Source of the DNA: an uncultured virus (IMG/VR IMGVR_UViG_3300042290_000472)
Taxonomy: Duplodnaviria > Heunggongvirae > Uroviricota > Caudoviricetes
Length of the DNA stretch: 64,000 nucleotides
IMG/VR virus record: IMGVR_UViG_3300042290_000472
Direction: 5' to 3' (one strand)
The notes under the pieces were generated by a model. The model was given only the letters and a program-made list of their open reading frames with translations, made no database searches and was not told the origin of the DNA. How positions within the stretch are numbered: the first letter of the stretch is position 1; every line of letters starts with the position of its first letter. Of the stretch, positions 38,747-48,361 are shown piece by piece. The position numbers and the translations under genes are program-made.

Positions 38747-39001
38747 TCAGCACTTCCACGCCCGCAGGCTCTTGTTGATGCGGGAGTTCGGGTCCTTCTT
38801 GGCCTTCTCTCCGGTCAGCTTCTCTTTCATGCCTTCCATACGGGCACAAAAAGAGTCGCGGCGTTTGCCGCCCTCGGGCTGGGGAGCCTTCAGGCCGGGC
38901 TTGCCGGGGTTGGCCTTGTTGTACGAGGCGCGTCCCTTCGCGTTCAAGCCGCCCTTCTCGGACTTGCCTTCTTTGCGTTGCCATGCGGGTGACTTAGCCA
39001 T
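38747..39001 (-). CDS. small basic protein
   Basis: AWQRKEGK..GGLNAKGRASYN..RRDSFCARM..SLRAWKC. Confidence 0.7.
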   Translation of the reverse strand: MAKSPAWQRKEGKSEKGGLNAKGRASYNKANPGKPGLKAPQPEGGKRRDSFCARMEGMKEKLTGEKAKKDPNSRINKSLRAWKC

Positions 39002-39275
39002 AGAACACCGTGATTTTTGCGTTGGCTGGGAGCGTCACATGGACGTTCGTACGAAACAAAATCCCTTGGCCGGGAAGTGGCATCGTGATTGGTTGCGTGC
39101 CCGTTGCAATGTTGAACTGCAACAAGATGGTGCCGCCTGCGCCGCCATCACGAAAAATAACATCCCCGGCGGTTCCGCCAGAAATGCAGTGATAGGCTCT
39201 GACGCGAGTGCGGTACGCCACCACGGTAGCCGTAGCTTCGGTGTGTACCGCTAGGACGTCGGTTTGCATCGTCAT
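38994..39275 (-). CDS. hypothetical virion protein
   Basis: Beta-rich, about 93 aa; AGGAG RBS. Confidence 0.65.
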   Translation of the reverse strand: MTMQTDVLAVHTEATATVVAYRTRVRAYHCISGGTAGDVIFRDGGAGGTILLQFNIATGTQPITMPLPGQGILFRTNVHVTLPANAKITVFYG

Positions 39276-39318
39276 AATCAATCTCCTGTTTTGCAGAGGC
39301 CGAGGCCCCCGAGATTAA

Positions 39319-39555
39319 TTAACCGGCGGAAACTTTGAGGGTGCCTGCATCGTTCCAGAGACGGCCAGCAACTGTGGGGTCTGCTGTTGGCAGTGCGGTC
39401 ATGGAGATGGATGCGTTGGTCAGCGATGCGACGCCAGAAGCTGTCAGCGTGGTAGCTGCAACAGCGCCGGTAACGGTGCCAGTGACGTTGCCAGTGATGT
39501 TGCCCTCAAAACCGTTGTCGGATTTGACGGGACCGGAGAAGGTAGTGCGTGCCAT
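39319..39555 (-). CDS. small head-associated protein (head fibre/decoration-like)
   Basis: MARTTFSGPVKS..LPTADP..GRLWND; first gene after the capsid gene. Confidence 0.65.
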   Translation of the reverse strand: MARTTFSGPVKSDNGFEGNITGNVTGTVTGAVAATTLTASGVASLTNASISMTALPTADPTVAGRLWNDAGTLKVSAG

Positions 39556-39565
39556 GATGGATTCC

Positions 39566-39635
39566 TCATGCGGTTAAGGCGTATCTGTCTGCATGACGTC
39601 GGCCCGGAGCCGTCAGATACACCGGAAAGTCCGGG
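39566..39635 (-). ncRNA. candidate pseudoknotted RNA downstream of the major capsid gene (possibly Mu-gpT-DE-like)
   Basis: Three interleaved helices CCCGGA/UCCGGG, GGUGUAUCUG/CAGAUACGCC, UCAUGC/GCAUGA; a G-U pair is valid only on the minus strand. Confidence 0.55.
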
Positions 39636-39655
39636 GAGTGGGGGCAATATAACCC

Positions 39656-39686
39656 AAAAGAAAAGGGCCCACAAGGGGCCCTTCTC
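39656..39686 (-). terminator. Rho-independent terminator after the major capsid gene
   Basis: Minus strand GAGAAGGGCCC-CTTGT-GGGCCCTTTTC followed by TTTT. Confidence 0.8.
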
Positions 39687-39702
39687 ATTTAAGCCCGAGG
39701 GC

Positions 39703-40635
39703 TTAGGTCGAACCGGAGCTGCCCCACATGCCCAATGGGTCAGACCAGCCGAACGAATAACGCTCGCGGGCCTTGTAACGGACGTTGCCGGTGTCGAAAT
39801 CACCGTCCATCGAGGTTGTCAAAGCGGCGCGCTCAAAATGCTTCATGCCGTTTGGAACGTCTGTAGTCAGGAACCAAGCGTTGTTGTCGGTCAAGAAGTG
39901 GTTGACGCAGTAGCCGCCAGAAATGGTGCCCATCTGCTTCAACGCGTTGATGTCGTTGTCGGCAGTGCCAACACGCAGTTCGGTGTCCAGCAAGCGCTTG
40001 GCAACGAACATCAGTGCTGGAGGAATCACCAACTTGACAGGCTTGGCTGCAATCAGCAGTTGACGCTCGTCAGTCCAAGCAGCGATTTGGATCGTTGCGT
40101 TTTCCAGCGAGGTCTCGTTCAAGTCCACGCCAGTTGTTGGGCTGTTGTAGTTCACGCCGCCGCCCACGAGTGGGTGGCCAACGCGAGTGCCGGAGCTGTT
40201 GTTGCCGAACAAGGAAACGCCGTCACCGCCAAGAGCAGCACCAGAGAAGCCAGTGTTCAACACGGAAGCAGCTTTGACCTGCTTGGTGTAAGCCATACCG
40301 CGAGCCAGCGCCTTGGTGTAGCGGGCGGACAAGCTGTCATACAGGTTGTCTTCCACAGCTTCTTCCGTGATGGAGAAGCCCAGAGCGATGGTTTCGTGGG
40401 TGTAGCGAGCAGTGAAGGCTTCCTGCGCGTTGTCGTAAGCGATGGCGGAGCCTTCGTTCTTGACAGGTGCAGCACCAAAGCCGGACAGCTTGGTTTCTTC
40501 TTCAAAGCTACGCTCCGATTTCTCGGTTTCGTACAGCTCTTTGTGCTCTTCGCCGTAGCGTTTGTATTCCAAACCGAACAAGGCGTTCAGACCGGGGAGC
40601 AGCTCTTTGAGCAGTTGTGCGCGTGAAATTGCCAT
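39703..40635 (-). CDS. major capsid protein (Mu gpT-like family)
   Basis: MAISRAQLLKELLPGLNALFGLEY..YKARERYSFGWSDP; downstream of scaffold and followed by a terminator. Confidence 0.88.
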   Translation of the reverse strand: MAISRAQLLKELLPGLNALFGLEYKRYGEEHKELYETEKSERSFEEETKLSGFGAAPVKNEGSAIAYDNAQEAFTARYTHETIALGFSITEEAVEDNLYDSLSARYTKALARGMAYTKQVKAASVLNTGFSGAALGGDGVSLFGNNSSGTRVGHPLVGGGVNYNSPTTGVDLNETSLENATIQIAAWTDERQLLIAAKPVKLVIPPALMFVAKRLLDTELRVGTADNDINALKQMGTISGGYCVNHFLTDNNAWFLTTDVPNGMKHFERAALTTSMDGDFDTGNVRYKARERYSFGWSDPLGMWGSSGST

Positions 40636-40648
40636 GGTGAGTTACTCC

Positions 40649-41266
40649 TTACAGGCCGACGTTGTTCGTGTACGAGTGTGCACTGGGGTTGAACTTAACC
40701 AACACATCAGTGAACGCATCGCCAATTGTTGAAAAGCCTTCCAGCTCAACAAAACCCACAATACGGAAGGCCGCAGCAGTGGTCACCACAGTGGCATCCA
40801 GCGCGCTGGTCGAGTTGCCCGTAGTGGTAGAACCTGTGCTGGTGCTCTGCACAGCAGCAAAGAAGGTGTTGGTGCCCAACACGGTCTGTGCGCCGGAACC
40901 GTCCAACTGTGCTTGGAACACGACGTTGGGGTCAGTGATGACCTTGGCCGACACCACGCCGGTTGTGCCGGAGGGGTAGAACTGGCTGAAGATCAACTGG
41001 CCTTGGGCGTTGAAGTACTCGCAGCCGACGAACACGCCGATTGCGCCAACACCGTTGCCGCCAAGGTTGTTGGTGGTGATGTCAGCGCCAGTGGCGGTAG
41101 ACAGCGCCAAATAGCCGTCAGCGCCAATGATGACGACTTGGCCATAGAAAATGTTGGTGGCTTCACCAGCGGGGTCAATCAGAAAAGTCTGAGTTGCACC
41201 AGCGTAAGGCATGCCATCAACGCGATTCACGGGACGAAGCCCGTAGGGAGAAGCGGTTGTTGCCAT
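40649..41266 (-). CDS. capsid-associated (cement/decoration-like) protein
   Basis: PYGLRPV..IFYGQVV..GVFVGCEY; immediately upstream of MCP. Confidence 0.6.
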   Translation of the reverse strand: MATTASPYGLRPVNRVDGMPYAGATQTFLIDPAGEATNIFYGQVVIIGADGYLALSTATGADITTNNLGGNGVGAIGVFVGCEYFNAQGQLIFSQFYPSGTTGVVSAKVITDPNVVFQAQLDGSGAQTVLGTNTFFAAVQSTSTGSTTTGNSTSALDATVVTTAAAFRIVGFVELEGFSTIGDAFTDVLVKFNPSAHSYTNNVGL

Positions 41267-41280
41267 TTAAGGACTCCTTG

Positions 41281-41739
41281 TTACTTTGAACCAGAACCAA
41301 AACCACCACCGCGACTGGTCGTTGACTTGCGGTCAGCGAAAAGTGGCATGCGGGGGTCGTTGTTTCGCATGAAGCTGTTGTCGACAGATTCCATCTGGGC
41401 CTGCGCTTGTTTGGAGTAGTACTCGTCCCGGGCCTGTGCGCGTTCACGCGGCATCTTGCAGAGCATGAGGCCACCAAGTTCGACGTTTCCGGTCTTCGCA
41501 TTACCCTCAAGCATCAGCTCAGGATGGTCGACTGCTTTCACCGGTTCCCAGCCTTCACGCATCTTGGTAGACACGTTCGTGTTCTGGGCTTCGCCAAGCA
41601 CGTGTGTCGCAATCCAGCGATAAACGTAACCGGGCTCAGGTGTCGGATCGGGCAGTGCGCTCGGGGGTGTGTACACGACCCGAGAAGTTTTATCGCGTGC
41701 CTCAAGGGCGCGGGGGTTCCGGTTGAGTGTTTCAGCCAT
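41281..41739 (-). CDS. conserved head-region protein
   Basis: PEPGYVYRWI..REGWEPV..GGLMLCKMP. Confidence 0.7.
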   Translation of the reverse strand: MAETLNRNPRALEARDKTSRVVYTPPSALPDPTPEPGYVYRWIATHVLGEAQNTNVSTKMREGWEPVKAVDHPELMLEGNAKTGNVELGGLMLCKMPRERAQARDEYYSKQAQAQMESVDNSFMRNNDPRMPLFADRKSTTSRGGGFGSGSK

Positions 41740-42673
41740 TCGATTTCTCCAGTTTTGCTACTTCAGCAGCGTATTGCTGCGGGGTCAGTCCATACTTTTT
41801 TGCCAGCGCAACTTGCGTCGGTGTTAGCTGGATTTTTCGGGCTCCAGTCGAACGGGTCGCTGGGGCCACGACAGAAGCAGGTCGTCGGGAGCCATCGCCG
41901 GTCTTCGGCCGGTCTTCATTTCCGAACACGTCCGGGAATGTCGACTTCATGCGAGCGTCGATTCGCTCGAAGTATTCGTCAGAGCGGGGATCAAGCCCCG
42001 AGTTCACTAGTTTTTGGTGCAGCCCTAGTGCGAAGCTGGTGTGTTCTTCAAAACCTGTTGCCCCAAACCACTGGTTTTTTGCCTGCCAGCGCAGCGTCTT
42101 TTCGTCGACTTGGGGTGCAGCGTCTTGCTGTTGGTACGTTTGTACAACAGGTTCATCCACCTGTAAAGGGGTGTGACGGAAATTTTTTGCAGCCTCCGAA
42201 CGCATCTTGGCATCCATCAGCGCTTCTTGGGCAGCGGTGATTGCCTCAGTGTCAAAGGACTCGTTGGCTTCTTTCAAAGCCCGCTTGGCCTTTTCAACTT
42301 CGGAGTCTGCGATTTGTTTGACGGAGGCCACATACTGCTCAGTGCCCGTGTTCACGGTCTGCTTGAGCCGGTTGTTCTCCGCCATCATGTGCTGTGCAAG
42401 ACGCTCCAGCTCTTGCTTTTCGCGCAGCAACAACTCCTTGGCCCGGCGCTCGTCGTGGCGTGCGTGGGTCAAGTCCTTGATGCGCTTCTTGACGTTGTCG
42501 GAGTAGCTTTCGATCTCCTCGTCTGTGGGGTCGGCTACGTCGCGGTCCAGCGGCTTGCGGCCACGGTCGCGCTCGGGGGTGTCGTCAACGATTTCGACTT
42601 CAACGTCGCCATCGGTGGTCACCTCAACGCTGGTCTCATCGACTTCGTCGGGGAACTTGTAGGAATCAGCCAT
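41732..42673 (-). CDS. putative scaffolding protein
   Basis: Start MADSYKFP at 42673; acidic N-terminus, coiled coil, C-terminal LTPTQVALAKKYGLTPQQYA. Confidence 0.65.
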   Translation of the reverse strand: MADSYKFPDEVDETSVEVTTDGDVEVEIVDDTPERDRGRKPLDRDVADPTDEEIESYSDNVKKRIKDLTHARHDERRAKELLLREKQELERLAQHMMAENNRLKQTVNTGTEQYVASVKQIADSEVEKAKRALKEANESFDTEAITAAQEALMDAKMRSEAAKNFRHTPLQVDEPVVQTYQQQDAAPQVDEKTLRWQAKNQWFGATGFEEHTSFALGLHQKLVNSGLDPRSDEYFERIDARMKSTFPDVFGNEDRPKTGDGSRRPASVVAPATRSTGARKIQLTPTQVALAKKYGLTPQQYAAEVAKLEKSNG

Positions 42674-42683
42674 TTTTACTCCT

Positions 42684-43118
42684 TCATGCGCGGGTGTAGC
42701 CGCGAGGGTCTTGCACAACACATTCAATTTGGTCGTCGTTCAGAATCCTGAACTCCTTGCCAAACACCTTGAAACGCGTACCTGTGTAGGTGCGCACGAG
42801 CACAAAGTCGCCCTCTTTGCACCACGCTCCCGACGGGAACTTGGCGGGGTCTTTGTACGCGTCTGGGCCAACACGCAGAACAAACAACACGGTTGTGGCG
42901 TGTTCTTCAGCGCGCAGGGTGGCGGCATCTCGAACAAGGTCGAGCGATGTGCCAGCAACTTTTTCATCGACGTTGGGGACGATGCACAACAGCTTGTATC
43001 CCGTTGGAACCGGCAGTGCTGACGCTTTTTCGTCATCGCTGGCCGCTTCGTTTGGGGTGTCAATTGGCTGGATGTGTTTGGGCAGGCTGATGCCCGGAGG
43101 CAGAATGATTTCACTCAT
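42684..43118 (-). CDS. groES: GroES-like co-chaperonin
   Basis: PTGYKLL..VLRVGPDAY..KEGDFVLV..Y.GT....GKEFRILNDDQIECVV matches the Cpn10 pattern. Confidence 0.8.
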   Translation of the reverse strand: MSEIILPPGISLPKHIQPIDTPNEAASDDEKASALPVPTGYKLLCIVPNVDEKVAGTSLDLVRDAATLRAEEHATTVLFVLRVGPDAYKDPAKFPSGAWCKEGDFVLVRTYTGTRFKVFGKEFRILNDDQIECVVQDPRGYTRA

Positions 43119-43305
43119 CTGATTGCTCAACTTTCTCTGCAAGGTCTAGGAGATGACGCTCTGCGGTCGCAAGACCCTGAATGATTCCGCAGAGTTTTTG
43201 GTATTCGTCAAAGTTGCGACATGCACCGCTGGCCAAGTCATCGGCGTAGTTGTTCATGTCGGTGCGTAATTTCTCGCGCAATACGCGTGCGAAGTCAGCG
43301 ATCAT
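43111..43305 (-). CDS. small conserved phage protein
   Basis: 64 aa; FDEYQKLCGIIQGL; between portal and groES-like gene. Confidence 0.7.
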   Translation of the reverse strand: MIADFARVLREKLRTDMNNYADDLASGACRNFDEYQKLCGIIQGLATAERHLLDLAEKVEQSDE

Positions 43306-45857
43306 TTTTTATCTGAACCTTTTTTGGTGGGTTGGTTGGTCTGCTTTTCCAACTGGGCAAGCTTGATGGCCTGCTCCATCTTGGTCTTTGACACGTCCGC
43401 GCCAAGCCGCACACCGGCTTCTTCTTGGCGAGCCTGCTCTTTGAACTTGCTCTCGTTGATCTGCGCGCCGATACGCATGGCTTCCAGCTCCAACTGGCCA
43501 GAAACTTTCTGCTCATCAAGCTCCTGCTTGTCGGCTTTTGCCGCAGAGTCGATGGCCAGCTTTTGTGCTTCCAATTGGAACCGCTGCTGGTCCAACTGCA
43601 TCCGGGCCATCTCGACTTGGCCTTTCATCTGCACTTCCTGCTGTTTGATCTGCAGCTCCTGCATCTGCATCTGCATGACCGGGTCCTGCGCCTGCTGCTG
43701 GGCCTGCTGTTGCGCGGCCTGTGCTTGGTGCTGCTGGACCACTTGCTGGGATGCTTGGGCCATCATCTCTGACAGCGCCAGCTCAACCTCCACAGGCAGC
43801 TTCTCGTCTTGCGGCGGCAACGGGATGCCCAGCTGCGCCTCAATCTCTTGACGCATCTGGAACCCGACGTGCTCGGCAATGTGCGCGTCGAGTGCAGCGG
43901 CAATCTTGGGCGCGTTCGGGCTCTGGCCAATGAGCTGCGCCACGATCGGGTCGTTCTTGAGCGCCATGTGCACAGCGATGTGCGCTTGGTGGTTCTGGTG
44001 CAAGAACGCCTTGAGCGGGTCGCCCTTGAGCACGTTCTGGTTCTCGGTCACCGGGTCGATCGGCTTTTGGTCTTCTGGCAGCGGCACGAGCTTGTCGGCG
44101 TTCTTGATGCCCAGAATGTCCAGCATCCCCCGGTGCAACGCGGGCAAGTCGTAGATGTCCGGTGCCATCTGGGCCATCTGGATCACCGCTTGGTACTGCA
44201 CCACGCGCTGGCTCAAAGTGGCCGCGTTGGGGTCCGACACCGGCAGGATGTCGACATGTCGGTAGTCCGCCGCCTTGGCCTTGGGCCCCTCTTCGCCGTC
44301 GGGCTCGTAGGAGTACGCGTCATCCGTGTAGTCGCGGATGATGGCTGCCAGCAACTGCAGCTCTTCCTTGAGGGCGTAGTGCACACGCGCCTGCACGGCT
44401 GTCATCACTTTCAGCTGGCGCTCAAGCAGCGCCAGCGTGGAGCCCACGGGTGCGTTGGCACCCATGTCGCTGATCTTCATGTCGGCCGTCGCGGCAAACC
44501 GGCGTCCTTCCTCGACCACGTTGCCCAGCAGCGCCATAAGCACTTGGCTTGGCTCCTTGTAGGGCAGCGGCATGATGTTGTCGCGGATGGCACCGGAGCC
44601 CACGTCCACGTCGCGCCACTCGCCCGGGGAGATCGGGGTGTCATCACCCTTGATGCGCAGGCCGCGAGTCTTCAGGCCCCCGGGCAGGTTGGACAACGTG
44701 CCGGAGTCGATCAGCTGACGCATCAAACTGGTGGCCGACTTGGCAAACCCGCCGATCAGGTGGAACAGGCCAAAGCCGTACGCACCAAAGCCGGGGATGT
44801 ACTGGTAGTGCACGAAGTGCTGGCGCTTCAAGTGCAGGTCGTCGTCTTCGCGCCAGTTGCGGCGCACGGACAGCACTGTGTTGGTCCCCCGGATGAAGGT
44901 CACCACGTACGGCAGCGCGATGCCGGTGGGTTTGCCGTCGTCCTCGTCCTCGAACCCTTTGAGGTCCAAGTCCACGTGGCACTCGTACAGCGTGAAGCGC
45001 TCGTCGTTCAGATCGCTGAACCCGGTCTCTTTGTCCTTGGCCTTGTTGATCTCGTCAATGGCCTTGTCGGGGTCACCCAGCTCCACGTCCACGTAGAACC
45101 CGGCCTGCTGCAGTTTGACAATCTCGTTCTTGGTCTTGCGCATCACGTGGGTGACGCGGTAGCACGACTGGATGTTTGAGGTGCCGTAGGGCAGCAAAAT
45201 GTCCTCGGCCGGGATGAAGATCGACACTTGGCGGTCAAGGCTGGGGTCAAAATAGACCTTCTTGAACGCCGAGCCGGTGGCCGGGAGGCTCCACAGCATG
45301 CGCTCGTGCTCAGCGCGGAACTCCTTCATCACCTCCGTGAGCTGGAAGTTCATGTCCTCTTGGACACGCATGGCCGCTTCTTTCTTCTCCGGCGTCTCCT
45401 TGCCCACAATCTTGGTACGCACCGGGCCAGCGGCCGGGAACGTCTCGGTGATGGTCTCTGACTGGAACCTGACAACCGCTTCGGTGATCATGGGATGGAA
45501 CACGCCGCTGGCCCCGTTCCATGGCTCCGTGCGCTCCTCCATGTTCAGGCCCAAGAGCTTGAGCCCCTCGGTATAGGCCTTCTCCCAGTCCTTGCGGCTG
45601 CCGCGATCGTTGTCGATGTCGCTGGCCAAGTCCCCCGCCACCGTGGACAACGCACCCTCGGCCATGTACTCGGCCAAGTTGGCGTCAAAGTCGTCGGCCG
45701 AAGGCTCTGCCTTTTCGATCTCGAGCTCCATGTCGCCCATGTCGATGCGCACGGCCTCCGGGTCAACGATCTCAATTTCGAGCGGGTCCGTGTCTTCGGC
45801 TGCCGCCGCAATGCCCGTGGGCTGCTGAAACAGCGCCTTGTCAATGTTCGTGGCCAT
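43302..45857 (-). CDS. portal protein
   Basis: 851 aa following terL; SRKDWEKAY, GSAFKKVYFD, LPYKEPS; Gln-rich C-terminal coiled coil. Confidence 0.88.
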   Translation of the reverse strand: MATNIDKALFQQPTGIAAAAEDTDPLEIEIVDPEAVRIDMGDMELEIEKAEPSADDFDANLAEYMAEGALSTVAGDLASDIDNDRGSRKDWEKAYTEGLKLLGLNMEERTEPWNGASGVFHPMITEAVVRFQSETITETFPAAGPVRTKIVGKETPEKKEAAMRVQEDMNFQLTEVMKEFRAEHERMLWSLPATGSAFKKVYFDPSLDRQVSIFIPAEDILLPYGTSNIQSCYRVTHVMRKTKNEIVKLQQAGFYVDVELGDPDKAIDEINKAKDKETGFSDLNDERFTLYECHVDLDLKGFEDEDDGKPTGIALPYVVTFIRGTNTVLSVRRNWREDDDLHLKRQHFVHYQYIPGFGAYGFGLFHLIGGFAKSATSLMRQLIDSGTLSNLPGGLKTRGLRIKGDDTPISPGEWRDVDVGSGAIRDNIMPLPYKEPSQVLMALLGNVVEEGRRFAATADMKISDMGANAPVGSTLALLERQLKVMTAVQARVHYALKEELQLLAAIIRDYTDDAYSYEPDGEEGPKAKAADYRHVDILPVSDPNAATLSQRVVQYQAVIQMAQMAPDIYDLPALHRGMLDILGIKNADKLVPLPEDQKPIDPVTENQNVLKGDPLKAFLHQNHQAHIAVHMALKNDPIVAQLIGQSPNAPKIAAALDAHIAEHVGFQMRQEIEAQLGIPLPPQDEKLPVEVELALSEMMAQASQQVVQQHQAQAAQQQAQQQAQDPVMQMQMQELQIKQQEVQMKGQVEMARMQLDQQRFQLEAQKLAIDSAAKADKQELDEQKVSGQLELEAMRIGAQINESKFKEQARQEEAGVRLGADVSKTKMEQAIKLAQLEKQTNQPTKKGSDKK

Positions 45858-45865
45858 GTTTTTCC

Positions 45866-47395
45866 TTAGTAGTACGCAGCCCGGCGGGCGGCATAAAAGC
45901 GCTCTTCTTGCTCGTCGGTGTCCAGCGGGATGAAGCCGCCCCGGCGAAAGCGTAACAGCGCCTGAGATGTGGTGTCAACGAAGTCGTCGTTCTCTCCGTT
46001 GGGAAAGGACGCAACCTCCTCGATCACCTCGCGGGCCCACCGCTTGTCCGGTGCCCAGACCGAGCCAGAGGCAAACAGGTCAGACACCGCGTTGAGCCGG
46101 ACGATTTTATCGTTGCCCCGGCTGGGGCTGAATTCTTCGACCGGGATGCCCACAGCCCTGAGTTCTTGGATCAGCGGCGCGCCAGCGGCCTTCTTCTCCA
46201 CGATGAACGCATCGGGCTCCCACTCCTTGTAGTGCTTGAGCGCGATCACCTTGAGCTCCGGGAAGGCCATGCGGTCCTTGAACGCGTCCAACAAGATGAC
46301 CTGCGCCTTGTCGTTCTCTTCCTCGTTGTAGAACACCCCCCACGTGGTGCACGCGGAATAGTCAGCCGTGTTGCTGGTCTCAAACGCCGTGTCCCAGCTC
46401 TGGATGATGTAGTCGCAGCGCGGCGGCTCGTCTTTCTCCCACACGCGCCACGACTTGCGCGAGATGATGGCCGCGTTGTTGCTGGTGGGCTGCTGCATGT
46501 ACTGGGCGTTCCAGTACTGGGGGTCGATCGACGCCTTTGTCGCCTTGAGGGTGGCCAGCGGCCACTGCTCGGGCCACAGGGACTTCTCGTTCTCCGTGTC
46601 CTCGTGCAAGATGGCCGGAAGCTCCACGATCTCCCATGGCTCGGACTCCGGGTTCTTGGCTTGGTAGTCGATCAAGCGCCCGGTCAGGTCCAGCTTGCCC
46701 CAGCGCGTCATCACAATGATGATCGCCCCGCCCGGCATCAGTCGCTGGAGCGGGCCCGTCTGGAACCAAGACCACGCAGTGTCGAAAGCCAGCCGTGAGT
46801 TGGCCTTGACGTCCTGCTCCGAGTGAGGATCGTCAATAACGAACAGATCAGCACCACGACCAGCAAGAGCGCCTCCTACGCCTGCGGCGTAGTATTGGCC
46901 CCCGGCTGAAGTGCTCCACTTGCCTGCCGCTTTCTGGTCATCGGCTACCAGCGTTCGGGGGAAAAGGCCATGGTAATCCTCGTCAGCGAGCAAATTTCGC
47001 ACCCGTCGGCCGAAATCTTCCGACAAACCGGCTGTGTGGGTGCCCATGATGATCTTCTTCTCGGGGAAATTACCCAAAAAGAAGGCCGGAAACAGGTAAG
47101 AGCTGAATTCGGACTTGCCCATACGCGGCGCGATGTTGATGATCACCCGTTTTTTGGTTCCGGCGATCACTTCCGAGAAGATTTTGGCCAGTTTTCTGTG
47201 GTGGGGGCCTATTTTGAAGCCCGGATACACCGCTTTGGCGAACTCGATCATGTCCGACCGGGACAAGTTCTTCTGCTTGTGGGCCTGCGCCTTGTCCAGC
47301 AGCTCCAACGCCTCCAGCTTCTCGGCCGCTGTCAGCTTGCCAAGGTTTTTGAACAGCGCTTGCGCTTGCTCAGGCGTCAGTGTGGCTGTTGTCAT
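45866..47395 (-). CDS. terL: terminase large subunit
   Basis: Walker A APRMGKS, GRGADLFVIDDP, IVMTRW, nuclease SWDTA and ENDDFVD. Confidence 0.95.
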   Translation of the reverse strand: MTTATLTPEQAQALFKNLGKLTAAEKLEALELLDKAQAHKQKNLSRSDMIEFAKAVYPGFKIGPHHRKLAKIFSEVIAGTKKRVIINIAPRMGKSEFSSYLFPAFFLGNFPEKKIIMGTHTAGLSEDFGRRVRNLLADEDYHGLFPRTLVADDQKAAGKWSTSAGGQYYAAGVGGALAGRGADLFVIDDPHSEQDVKANSRLAFDTAWSWFQTGPLQRLMPGGAIIIVMTRWGKLDLTGRLIDYQAKNPESEPWEIVELPAILHEDTENEKSLWPEQWPLATLKATKASIDPQYWNAQYMQQPTSNNAAIISRKSWRVWEKDEPPRCDYIIQSWDTAFETSNTADYSACTTWGVFYNEEENDKAQVILLDAFKDRMAFPELKVIALKHYKEWEPDAFIVEKKAAGAPLIQELRAVGIPVEEFSPSRGNDKIVRLNAVSDLFASGSVWAPDKRWAREVIEEVASFPNGENDDFVDTTSQALLRFRRGGFIPLDTDEQEERFYAARRAAYY

Positions 47396-47978
47396 CAGGC
47401 GTTGGGGGTGTGGTGGTGATTTCGACGATGTCCGTCACGTCAGCGTCGGACACATCCATGAACTTGGCCAGCTTTTCCTTGAGGCGCTTGTCGATCTCGT
47501 CCTCGGTCATGTCCGTTTTCTTGACCTCGATCTTGTCGGTGAACAGCCCCACCTCCGTGACCTTGCCCAGCAGGCCGAGCGCCTTCAAGCGGATGTTGGC
47601 GTTGGCGTTGTTGGTCTCCTCGACCAGCTTGGCCACCGTGTATCCCCGAAGTTCCTTGGCCTGCTCGATGAACTCCCAGTCGTAGGCCGTCAGCATGCCC
47701 GTGATGTGGCGCACAGCTTCCGGCGTCTTGAGCTGGACCAGCGCAGCCTTCTGCTCGGTCGTGTCGGTGTTGGTGGTCAGGGCCTGAAACGCCTTGCGTG
47801 CGTCAGCCTTCTCAAGTTCGTCAATCACTTCGTCGTCCGGGGGCACGCCCAGCTCCTGCAACCAACTGGCCGTGGTTACCTGCGCGGCCAAGACTTCTCC
47901 CGGCTCGGCGTCGGCCAGTCTCGTCATGATCCCGGGCGGTGTTGGCTCCGGGTTGAATTGCACCAAGTGTTCAAACAT
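47370..47978 (-). CDS. putative terminase small subunit
   Basis: Start MFEHLVQF at 47978; helical, RLKALGLLGK motif; directly upstream of terL. Confidence 0.55.
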   Translation of the reverse strand: MFEHLVQFNPEPTPPGIMTRLADAEPGEVLAAQVTTASWLQELGVPPDDEVIDELEKADARKAFQALTTNTDTTEQKAALVQLKTPEAVRHITGMLTAYDWEFIEQAKELRGYTVAKLVEETNNANANIRLKALGLLGKVTEVGLFTDKIEVKKTDMTEDEIDKRLKEKLAKFMDVSDADVTDIVEITTTPPTPDDNSHTDA

Positions 47979-48313
47979 ATTGCGTAGGCCGTGTAACCTC
48001 GTTGCGCGTAATGTACACCTATTTTCAAAACAAGTGGTGTGTCCAGAGTTTGACAGAGGTTCCTTGGGATTTTTTAAAAATTGGGGTAAGCCGCATTTCG
48101 TGCGCAAGGGGTGGGCGGGATTTGTCTAAGTTTTTACAAACTGCTGGGAGCGGGTGGGAAACAGTGTTCACGCGGACTAGCCTTGTCTGCCACACAAAGG
48201 CTTGGTGGGGGGTGGGTGGGGTCGCCACACCAGAGCCCAGCCCCCGAATACCCCCTACTTTCACCCCCATCCGTACAGTAGAGGTATCGGTTAGGGAATT
48301 AGCCCGAGTCGAT

Positions 48314-48336
48314 CTGGGGAGAACGGTTCTCCCCAG
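48314..48336. repeat. palindromic element A, copy 1
   Basis: CTGGGGAGAAC-G-GTTCTCCCCAG, 25 bp upstream of ATG 48362. Confidence 0.95.
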
Positions 48337-48361
48337 TCATCAACCTTTAGGAGAATGCAAC

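Noticed and set aside
45866..47395. Intein or intron in terminase, helicase or polymerase
   Set aside because: Lengths and motif spacing look normal; no splice-junction or homing endonuclease motifs seen
48002..48361. N-terminal extensions given by the ORF track (48002, 48107, 42727, 38672, 38275, 27179 and others)
   Set aside because: Downstream ATGs have clear RBSs and avoid large overlaps, so starts were shortened
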